Positions 1-10,019 of a stretch of 36,434 nucleotides of DNA are shown in pieces. The DNA lies in the NCBI GenBank assembly GCA_039621445.1, contig CP154954.1, positions 28,762,417 to 28,798,850 of the forward strand, written 5' to 3'. Source of the DNA: Euglena gracilis (Eukaryota). Position numbers and translations under genes: made by a program. Numbering within the stretch: position 1 is the first letter of the stretch; each line of letters begins with the position of its first letter. The notes beneath the pieces are model-generated. The model worked only from the letters and a program-made list of their open reading frames with translations. It did not search any database and was not told the DNA's origin.

Positions 1-425
1 CTTTGCATTTTTTTTGCATTTTTTTTCATTTTTTTTGCATAAAATATTTTGCCCTGGAAAATTTTTTTGTAGTTGGTCGCCATATGTTTGCCTTTTTTTG
101 CATTTTCTTTGCATTTTTTGCATAAAATTTTTTGTCCTGGAAAATGTTTTGTAGTTGGTCGCCATATGTCATGTTTTGTCTCAGGTCCCTTTGCAGTTGC
201 CTGGGGTTTTTGGGGTCTCAGTGCTTGCCGTTGTCTTCCAGGAGGTCTTCTTTGCAAATCATTGACAGGTATACACCGGCATTGTCACATGTCTATGGAT
301 TTTAGGCAGCAACTCTGTTATATTCCAACCTTTTCTCAGGGGTTTTTTTGCAAGTTGCATTTTTTTTTGCAGTTTTTTTTGCATTTTTTTGCATTTTTTT
401 GCATTTTTTTGACTTGCATAATTTG
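1..425. repeat. Low-complexity (TTTTTTGCA)n tracts with a ~50-bp direct repeat; a similar tract lies at ~18890-19180
   Basis: Repeated T(5-9)GCA units; CCTGGAAAA...TTGTAGTTGGTCGCCATATGT occurs twice (~53-88 and ~136-169). Confidence 0.75.
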
Positions 426-1683
426 AAGCCAAGTTGCATTCCCCCCCCCTGCTGAGTGGGTACCCCACTGCAGGAGGGGATTCTTTTGGAGAGTAGAGCC
501 AGAGTTGATTTGCTTTGCATTTAAAAGAATAAAACTCCTTCCTATGGGGGGAGATGGGCACAGCTTACGTCGGGGAAAGATTGGTGCCAATGCACCATTT
601 GAGCAGTTGCATTTGTCGCCCTTTTGCGCAACTGCACACACTGCGCCCAACGGTTTTTGCAAAACCCAAAGCGGATGGTGTTGATGAGGCGGCGATTGGA
701 AGGTTCCTAAACACGCATTCCAGGCGTGCGTGCCCCGCATGCTGTGCGGACACCTGCTCCGGGGCACCCTGAACCATCAAAGCCTTTGCATTTCTTTTTC
801 CGGTCCCAGGGCACCAGACCACCTCTTGATTGCCTTGTACGGGTTTGGTGTTGTATCCCAAGGTGTTGACGGATTTCTTGGGTGACCGGAAACTTGGCCA
901 CCGGCACCCATGCTGAATGGCTTCGCTTTTTGGCTTGTCATGTTTGAAAGTTCATTGCAATGCACTTGGGAAGTTGTCATCAAAAGCTTGTGCCACCTAG
1001 CTTGCATGGGGAGAAATGTTCTTTAACGAAGTGATCTTTCGACCTGGCCCGTGAAAAGGTTCCTCGCCGGGCCTCGCAGCGCCCTGCTCGCAGAATTGCG
1101 GTGCAGCGAATGCAGCACTTTATTTTGGAATCCGGAAACGTTGCGAAGGGTCATCTCGTCTCAACCACTGTGCCGTTTCTGGGTTGCAACCTGTAGACAG
1201 GGGTCCCCAGTCTTTTAATCACTTTAGGATGGCAAGGGTTGCATTTCATCTTTCTGCCATCCAAACAAATGAATATTTTTGCAAATTTACAGCGTTTCTG
1301 TATCTCCAAATGAACATTTTTGGATGGTCATTATTTGGAGTAACAGGGAAAGGGTTTCGTTAAGTAATGAATTCTTGAGCAATGTTTTGGGCCGGCTGAT
1401 TGGGAGCATGGCAATGCCCAATAGGAGCAGTTTGTGCCTGCAAATCCGAAACAGCGAGTGCATGGTATGTGCTGCGAGCAGTGAAACTCGTGAAGTACAA
1501 TTGTGTGCCAGAACAATTGCATTGCTGGAATATTCGGGCAGATGGCCACAAAGATGACACGAAGACGGGACACATGGAACGCAGGTCCGCATGCATATTC
1601 GAAATGAAGGAATCCCTGCAGTGTTGACGAGATGGCCCTCTGCCCGTTTTGCTTGTGTCGCTTTGTCCCTCTGCCGCTGCCGG

Positions 1684-3301
1684 CAGGCATTATTTTTTTT
1701 TAAGGCGAGATTTCTCAAAATATTTTAAGGCGTTTTTTAAGGTTTTTTAAGGTTTTTTAAGGCATTTTGAGGAATTTTAAAAAGTTTTAAGGTTTTTTAA
1801 GGCATTTTTTTACTCAGGTAAAATCTCAGACCCCGAAGATGGCCCGATGGCTTCAGACTCCTGTGGCTTCGGAACGCCCAAGGAAGAAGCCTTGGGTGAA
1901 GCATGGGATCAGGGCGGTCCATGAGGGACAGTTATTGCCATTTTAGGCATTTTAGGAATTTTAGGCCATTCTAGGAATTTTAGGAATTTTAGGCCATTTT
2001 AGCTCTGGGTTCCTGCACATGGGTCCCAAAATGGGCCAAAAAAACATCCGGTGCCGAAGGAAAAATTATTTCGGGTCCAAAACTGCCCTGGAGGGGCAGT
2101 CCTTAAGGGGCAGTTAACTATTTTAGAACTTTTTCCTCAAAAAATGGCCATTAAACTCCCTCAAACCCCCATTTTTCACACCTTCCAAAAAATCAACGTT
2201 TTCTCAAAATTTTGAATTTGAGAGTTTTTTTGAAGCAAACAAAATGCCATTGAAAATCCAACAAATTTGACAGAGGAAAAGTGTCAGTAAAATTTGATTG
2301 TGCCAAAATTTGGTCCACCTTTTTTGACCTTCGTTAGTTTCCCCCCCCTAAAACTACCAAATTTAACCCTGAAATCTTTGAGTTTTTTTGTGTCAAAATC
2401 AACATTTCTCAAAATTTTAATTTTGAGAGATTTTGGAAGCAAAAAAATGCCACTGAACATCCAAAAAAATTCCAAGGGAAAAATGTCAGTAAAATTTGAC
2501 TGTTCCAAAATTTGGTCCCATTTTTTTTGACCTGCATTTTTTGACCCCCCTCCTAAAAACTAGCAATTTTCATCCCTAAAATTTTGGTGATTTTTTTTGG
2601 GAAAATGTAATTTTCCATCAAAAAATCAACCATGCATTTTGGGTTCATTTTTCAATGTATTTTTTAAAAATTTTCCCATACCAAAATCCCCTTTTCCTTA
2701 ATTTTTGGTTGGGAAAAAAAGTGGGAAAAACTCGCGGAATCACTGCTCAATTGGAGAATGCACTGTTTCGCTGCTTGAAATTCTGTGGCAAGTGTGGGAA
2801 ACTGCTGTAGTAAGTTGTCCCAAATCGGGATTTTTTTGTTGTTCATGCAACTTTTGCTGCAATTGCACTTTTGAGCAATTTGGGTTGACTCCTCTAAGAA
2901 TGTCTCAAGTAATTCAAATCAAGACAGATGTGGTTGAAAGTTTTGCTTATTCTGGCCGTGTGTCACAGCTTTTGGTGAACCGAGGCCAACCGAACTATGC
3001 CAGAAACCTTGGCAAACAATCCGGTTTTCATATTGTTTGTTCACAACCGCTTCTGCATTGACTGGCTTTATGCGGGGTTTCAGGCATGCCATTATTTGTT
3101 TGGTGCAAGAAAAAAATTCCCAGGGAAAATTTTTAAGGTTTTTTAAGGTCATCACGGGAAAGAAAAAATTCCCCGGGGTGATTTTTTTAAGGTTTTTTAA
3201 GGTTTTTTAAGGTTTTTTAAGGCATTTTGGCAAAAAAAATTTAAAGGTTTTTTAAGGTTTTTTAAGGTTTTTTAAGGCGCCTTAAAAAATAATAATGCCT
3301 G
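1684..3301. mobile_element. Non-autonomous hAT-like TIR element, 1618 bp
   Basis: ~24-bp TIR CAGGCATTATTTTTTTTTAAGGCG / CGCCTTAAAAAATAATAATGCCTG (1 mismatch). 8-bp TSD GCTGCCGG/GCTGCCGC. Subterminal (TTTTTTAAGG)n arrays at both ends. No transposase ORF recognised. Confidence 0.88.
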
Positions 3302-3331
3302 GCTGCCGCCACGTTGTCCGATGTGTTGCAG

Positions 3332-6300
3332 GGCCTCAGGCGACTGGAAGTGCCCTTCTCCCCTCTTTCTGTCCTCTTGTGCTGGCCTGGTTCTGTCCCT
3401 TGTGCGGGCTCGAAACTGATGGGGCCCTGCACAGTGCGGCCAGGTGGCCGTGGGGGGTGGAATCATGGAAAGTGGTCCCTATCCAACCAACTCAAAAAAA
3501 ATCAAACTTTTTTTTTGATTTTGAACGGTCGATGCCCAGACAATCCTTTGACCGTCCTATTTTAAAAAAAACATCAAATTACCTGAAGAGACAACAAAAA
3601 AAACCCTCAAAAATAGAAAAAACTTGAAAATTTCCGCTTAAGAATAATCCATCCTGCCCAACTAGGGTTAATACACAGGGGGAACCCGAATAAACGGGTC
3701 CCGCCGATGCATCAACCCAAGTTGAGGAGCTCTTTGGGTTCTAACACAGCGGCGTTGAGCACCGAGAATCGCGACCCGAACCTTTTAAATGACCTGTTCC
3801 ATTTCAAGGCACATCATCATGAGGCGCACCATTTCAGTTTGAAGTGAAGTATCACGCCGTCGTGGGACACGATCATTTATTGTTGTTCCATTTCAGGTTC
3901 ATTGCCTTGGGGCATGAGAGGTGCCGAGAGCATTCCAGCGATACCGAAAGCATGTTTTCCCCTGGAGTTGGCCTTTTTCACCGAGGTTTTGCAACTTCAA
4001 TTTTGCTGTTGGGGGAAAAAAATTGCCAGTGATTTTTTGAAGGCTTTGAAGGTTTTAAAAAAAATTCTAAGGCATTTTGTCAAAATTTTATGGTTTTTGA
4101 GGGGGTTCAAAAGGTTTTTCTTAAAGATTTTTAAAAGCCTCGAAAATAATCCCCATTGGGCAGCTCTTTGGATTCACTGGCATCCTTGAGGGGCCGAACT
4201 ATTAAACAAATATGCACACACAATGCAACTGCAATCTTACACGCTTCTAGACCCCTCCTCGTTACATGCCCTCTTGGTCCCCCTAAGGTTGGCCCTTGGC
4301 CCCCTGGCCTTACCTTCAATCATGGACAGGCCAAGCGCCCGGAGGGGGGTACCCAACTTCGTCATTGGTTCTTGGCATTTGGCTCCCGATGAGCATTTTG
4401 CCGTTGTGTCTTCTGAAGGGCCCATCGGACCTTGACTGGTGTGCCAAACCCTGGCCTCCTTTCTGCGATTGCAGGCCCAGCGGCCGAGGCGCATTTGCTT
4501 TCTGCGCTGTACGATATCAACAAAAGGTACCACGAACTCACACACACGATGTTCACAGTCGACACAGTCTGTCCCGGGCGCAGGATCCTGCTTGCTTTCA
4601 GCATCTCCCAACTGTGGTTTACGGATTGAAACAATGCCGAAGCTGAAAGATGAAGATGATTTGACACCTCGATTGGGGTTCGTGAACAAACGTTAACTGA
4701 TGGTTCATCTGTCCAGAATGGTGCCGTCCCAAGTTTTGATAACAGCTTGATGCGGATACCCAAAACAATAACTGTCGCTCCGCCGGAAATGTCTCGTCCA
4801 TGCAACGTTTGGAAACCCATCCAGAGGCATTTGGATCCGGCAGGGGGTGTGGGGTTTGCCATGGGTGCACCGCGGGGACTTGGGTCCGCGTTCCACAGGT
4901 TTGAGGGGCGGGTGGCTGGGAGGGGGTTGCTGCCGCCCACTCCGGCCGCCCCTTCCCCCTTCAGGCACCCACCGGGGCACCCCGCGCCTGGTGGGGCTGC
5001 CGCGACGCCGGGCACAGGGTTTCCCACTGCCCCGGCCCCGGCGGAGGAGGGGTCCTCGCCCCTCCGTCTCCCCGCCCACCGCTCGCCCCCGCATCCCATG
5101 CAGGGTTCGATGTAAGACCCCCATCAGATAATAAGACCCCCGGCAACCCCCGGGTATCATTTTTCGCCTGAAGTCCCGGCCCGAGGGGGGGTACCATTTG
5201 GGGGGTATTTTTTCCCCAAATTTTCGAATTTTTTCGAAGATTCATAAAGGCTCAAAATAACACCCAAAGCCACCCTTTTGGGGGCAATTTGCAGTTTTCA
5301 CAATATCGTCCTTTTTGGAGGCCAGATGGTCACAAAAATATTTTTGTTTGTTATTTATTGCCCTAATTCTGTTTTTCAACCACATTTTTTCGGGCGAAAA
5401 TCACGGTCAGCGGCCCAACCAGGCTTCTTAGTCGGGGGGGGGGGTGCTAGGGGCAGGCACCCCATGGCACCCGATCCGACCCCCCCCCGGGGGGGGTAGG
5501 GTTTTGGGGGGTGCCTGCCCCTAGCAGGCACCCCCCTCCGACCCCGGCACCGAAGGCGCCGGGGGCCGGGAAAAGGCCATTCTCAATGACAATTTTCTGC
5601 CCCCCCGGACCCCTATCCCCCCAGGGGGAGGTGTGCCTGCAAGGGGCAGACACCCTATAGCACCCACCCACCCCCTCCCCCCTCGGTTGGTAAGCACAAG
5701 CATGGGCCCAAAACTCAGGCGTGTATTATTTTTTTTTGGTTCAAGGGCAATTGTCACCCCCCTCTGTGCCCTCTGTGTCACCCTGGGAATTTGTCACCCC
5801 GCTCCGTGCTGCCCAAATTGTCGCGCAACAATTACCCGGGGGGGGGGGTGGGTATGTCAAACCCTGGTCCCATGCCTGGCGTGAGGCACTGCACCCCCTG
5901 GCGCTGGAGGCCCCCTGGTCGCCTTCTGACCCGGCACTGCTCTTCCGCTGGTTCAATGGCTGCTCAGCGGCGGCCATCCCGACTTGTGGGCCCCCCCGAG
6001 ACTCGGCGCGGGGTTTGGCGGGGCGTGCTTGGCCCCCAGGTCTTGCCTGCAACTGCGGAGAAGGGCGGGCAAGCACCCCGCTCCCCCTAGCGCCAAACCC
6101 CGGCCCAGTTTCGGGGCTTCCATCCCCCTTCCCATCTATTCTGTTCCCTTCCCTTCCGTCTCCTTCTCACGTTGTCTCTCTCTGGTCCGTCCCAGACCTT
6201 TGCTTAAGGATTTGCACAGTGGTCACCCCCCTCTCCCCGGGAGGGAGAGCTGGTCCAAAGTCGGCCAGTCCATTTTGCAGCACCCCTGGGGAGGGGGGGG

Positions 6301-7030
6301 GTTGCAAACTATTCCAGGTGGGGGAATTTTTTTCCAGTGACCGCTGCGAAGCGCCGGATGTTTTTTAAATCCCCAAAACGTGCCGGAAACCCTCATTTTG
6401 ACGTTTTAGGGACAAAATCAGCAGAACACACCCGGTCAAATGCAAAGCGCCATGGAAAATACATTTTTTTTTCTGGCAAGGACCCCCCAGACCTCCTCGG
6501 GGGGGGAGGGGGAGGGGTCTCATTACTGAGCTTTCCCCAGTCGGTCAGTCCGTGACAGTCTCCCGCCCGTCGACCGGCCGGGATCCTTCAGCCAATGCCT
6601 GGCCCCTCCCCTCCACCCTACCCGCCCCCTGGGGCGCCGTCCAAGGGCCCCCACCCCCGGGCGGCCGAGGGGGGCCAGCGGGAGGCCGGCATCCCGCCCA
6701 GATTTTCATTTTGTGCGTTGCAGAATTTTTGTGACCGCGTGCGCCGCGGAATTTTTTTTCTGTGCGCCGCCGCAAACTTCGTCGCGGTGTACTAATTGAA
6801 AGCCTGTCCCGCCGCCGCCCTGCTGGCCCCCCCCTGTCCCGCTCACGCGGTGCGCCTTGCCCTACCTCAAACGCTTTGGCATTCCGGTGGCCTATGGCTT
6901 CCATCACAAGTCCGGGCTGGGGCAGCTGCTGCAGGTCGCGTTTGCGGGTGCGTTGCGTCTGGGGCCCGCTGTCACCTCCGGGGAGGTCATGGGAGGCCTC
7001 CGCTTCTGCTCACTGGCCTCCAGAGCGTGA
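3332..7030 (+). CDS. Candidate spliced gene of unknown product. Putative exons 3332-3443, 4475-4526, 4965-5097, 5872-6039, 6935-7026/7030; may extend upstream to ~1622 and downstream to ~8371
   Basis: A chain of CAG acceptors and GT donors with compatible phases (1, 2, 0, 0) gives a stop-free read GLRRLEVPFSPLSVLL...RPG-PAAEAHLLSALYDINKR-HPPGHP...PHP-MPGVRHC...VLGPQ-VAFAGALRLGPAVTSGEVMGGLRFCSLASRA. No domain was recognised, and the junction at 5097/5872 needs a nonconventional intron. Confidence 0.35.
5101..5866. mobile_element. hAT-like MITE (766 bp) containing a nested element
   Basis: TIR CAGGGTTCGATGTA vs CAGGGTTTGACATA (reverse complement of the right end); TSD ATCCCATG/GTCCCATG. Confidence 0.8.
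5420..5704. mobile_element. hAT-like MITE (285 bp) nested in 5101-5866
   Basis: Ends CAGGCTTCTT...CACAAGCATG; TSD GGCCCAAC/GGCCCAAA; internal GGGGCAGRCACCCC repeats. Confidence 0.7.
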
Positions 7031-7970
7031 GCATTGGGGGGTTGGCTCAGTTGTCCATTTTCCTGCACAGTATTGAAGCCCAGATAAAAAGAGAAATTGA
7101 TTTGATTTATCTGGGTGAGCTTTCTGCCCCATATGGTTCAAAGCGCCCACATTCAGGTTAGTAGGTGTCGGGTGCTGTGGAGGAGGGGGTGGGTATGGTG
7201 GTGTTCAGAGTTTGAAGAGATGTGGGGGATTGGGGGATTTGTGTACAGTTTTTTTTGTGCTTTTTTTTGGGTTTTTTTTTACAGTGAGGGGGAACGTCCA
7301 AGGAGTGTTCACCACCCGAGACACAGGAAAGGAAATTTGGGGAAATTTGGTCCCCAACATGCAGAAGGGAGTTGTGGTTTAGGGGAAGGATCCGGGGCTT
7401 CCCTACCCCAATGAGGCCGAAGATCAATTCAGCATTTGGACCAGGCTTATACTATGTTTGACACATTTTCCAAAAGCTTGAGTGCCAAACGCCAGAGGGG
7501 GCATTCAAGCTTTCGGAAAATGTGTCACAACCTCCTGCTTGCATGCAAACTTTTACCCTGAAGTTGTCTGCCATTCCTGCACCCCCCCCCCCAATGGAAC
7601 AGGAGTGCACAACAAGAGTACCGCCCCCATCCCTCGAAGCAGATGTGTGGGCAGCAACCTGCCCTCCTGGGGAGGGGCCTTGGGACATGATCTAAAGTGC
7701 GGCCGGCAGACCAAATCCATACATTGCAAACGTTGGCCAAAAAGCCTGACCTGTCTTTGGCCCCTGCTCTCGGGCAGGACACGCCCTGAAGGGGGCAGGG
7801 GCGTTGAATGCTCCATCCCCCGGTGGAACCACCCCAATCCCTGCAGCGCCCCACTGCGGCTGCCAAGGCTGCCAGGGTTTCGCCTCCCCGGGCAATGGTG
7901 TGCACCGCTCCGCTGCAGCGCTCTGGGCTTCCTGGGGCCTCTCGACGGGGCGGGCCCGTCCTGTACATAC

Positions 7971-8063
7971 CAGGCTTCTCTTTAAGTCAGAAGACCCCCC
8001 CCGGGGGAGGGGAGGTGGGGGGTCCGGGCCGGACCCCCCCCGGGGGTCTTAAAAAGAAGCCTG
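7971..8063. mobile_element. Very short hAT-like MITE (93 bp)
   Basis: TIR CAGGCTTCTCTTTAAG / CTTAAAAAGAAGCCTG; perfect 8-bp TSD GTACATAC. Confidence 0.92.
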
Positions 8064-9881
8064 GTACATACCACCCATGGCCCCCCTCCCTTCCTGCCAC
8101 CGCAGTTGCTCTTCTGTGCTCCCTCATCCCATTCACCGCCGGACCGCATTTTTCTGGCCACCCCGTTCACCGCGGACCGCATCTCTGGCCACACGTATGG
8201 TTTTTTGACTCCGCCCTGTCGCGTCCCAGAGACGCCTTTGCGGCCACACAGGAAGTTGTGCGCTTCGCAATACGTTTGAAAACCGGGAGCAGTTTTCTAA
8301 GAAAGGTGGCAACACAAAATCACAATGGAGACACGTCAGGGATTTCGGAGCATGCCCCAGAAGGCTCCTGAAATTCCTGAACAGAAGAAGTTGGGGTTGC
8401 ACATATTTGGGTGTATCCACTGGGGCGAGTCAATTTCAAAGAGCTGCCCACCCCCCAACGGAGCGAGCGTCCACATCAAGAGCCTTGCTGTTTGGTTTCA
8501 CAGGTTTCGCCGGGCCTCTGCAGAGGCTCCACCGCCGTTTGCTAATTGTTGTCGATGGTCCGAAAATTTGGAGCCTTTCTTCATGTTCATTGTGTGTGTT
8601 CATTGTTCGGTTCATGTTCATGCATTCCGGCTGTTTAAAGGAGGATATTTAGGGGATCCGAAAGAGTTGCTTAATTAGAATTCAAAACATGGCGTGGCAC
8701 ACCCAAGGTAAAAAGAAAGCAACCCCCCCCCCCGGAGTCCAGGAGTCCAATTTTGCAGGGAAATCACAACATGTGCAAAGAGAAGGCAGAGACCCCACAA
8801 CGAATGAAGAGACCCATTGCAAAATTCTATGAAGGGAGAAACACTTCGGCACAAACAAGGGCAACAGAGGTCGGATTTCCCCATTTCCGCCGAGCCAAAA
8901 ATTGTTCCCACCTTCTGGAAAGGTACCTCTCCTATCCTCCATTATTTTCACTTTTCTCATTTCCTTTGGTTCCATTGTTTTTGGTCGGATGATTTTTCTC
9001 CTCCATTGAAACGTACTCTGTTTTTCTATCCATCGAAGTGAAACGCGGTGAGTGATCTTTGGGGGGGCAACGGTTCAAATTTTGAGACCAGGACAAATTT
9101 TAAGAAGCCCCCCCCCCCCAATGGCCGTGCTGGCCCTCTACTGCCATTTCTTTTGTGAAACTGGTGCCCATTCTGTTGCTTGGTTCTCTGGGAGGGGAGC
9201 TCCCAGCGCAGTTTACAGATGTGAACTATTTCAGAATAGCAAGTTTTCTTCAACGTCGAATGGAAGCACATGAATGGAAAGCACATTTCTTATGATCATT
9301 AAGTGGCGGCGTACAACAACAACCTTGCCCCCCCCCCAGGCCCGAGCAGTTGAATTGGGGTCGTATGGTGGGACCCGGGTTCCATTTTCCAGATTTTTCG
9401 GCCTGGTTTGCGAAAAAAAAAATCCTTTTTGAACACACAGAACACCGAAGCCAAGAAAGAAAAGCGATTTCCCCCGTTCGATTTTGGAGGGAACAAAACA
9501 GTGGGTGTTTTCTCAGGGAAACGCTCAAAGGTGCCATTGTGCAGCTTTTCCTGTGACTTTCCGCCCTTTGTGGCAGACACTGTTGGGCTGGCTGGGGGGC
9601 ACCACCGCCAGGCTGGTCACTGACGCCCGGGGAAACGGTGCTGTAAGAGGGGGGGGGGCAGAGTCCAGCCCCAAACCCCACCCTTTCACCAGTTGCTAAA
9701 TGAAATGATGTGCACGGTTTCCCATCAACTTGAGTTTGCCCCGGGTCAGGGAACAGAGTCCACTCGGGGGACAGAAACCATGTCACTGCTGGCGGGAGCA
9801 CCCCAACCCACCTTGGGCTGGGTGACAGGGCCCCTCCCTTCCCCCGACTCCTTCGGGCGACTCCACGGGCGGGTCCGCCCA

Positions 9882-9895
9882 GCCGCTGTCCACAG
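9882..9895 (+). promoter_or_regulatory. Candidate spliced-leader trans-splice acceptor (or 5' UTR intron acceptor) of the oxidoreductase gene
   Basis: gccgctgtccacag, ending 43 nt upstream of the ATG, with a C-rich UTR in between. Euglenids add a spliced leader at such AG sites. This is inference only. Confidence 0.35.
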
Positions 9896-9938
9896 AGCAC
9901 CCCCGACCCATTCCCGCCGCCCTCCCCCTCCCCCTGCC

Positions 9939-10019
9939 ATGCAGTGGCGGCTGCCGCGGCTTGCGACCGCTGTTGGGCGACAGCTGCGGTCTCTCACCTC
10001 CGCGATGAAGGCAGTCCAG
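9939..10019 (+). CDS. Quinone oxidoreductase exon 1 (MQWRLPRLATAVGRQLRSLTSAMKAVQ), probable mitochondrial presequence
   Basis: ATG after a C-rich leader. Ends CAG|GTCTGC in phase 0, matching exon 2. MKAVQ is the usual MDR domain start, and the preceding 22 aa are Arg-rich with no acidic residues. Confidence 0.85.

Noticed and set aside
500-1600. Decayed transposase or retroelement coding sequence
   Set aside because: No DDE, reverse transcriptase or integrase motif could be recognised in any frame; no autonomous element was identified anywhere in the window.
1940-2002. Telomere-like TTTTAGG repeats
   Set aside because: The units are TTTTAGGAA/TTTTAGGCCA inside a transposon, not a TTAGGG array.
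4362-5099. 245-aa minus-strand ORF as a gene
   Set aside because: There is no recognisable domain, GC-rich sequence favours open frames, and the splice signals fit the + strand better. It is not fully excluded.
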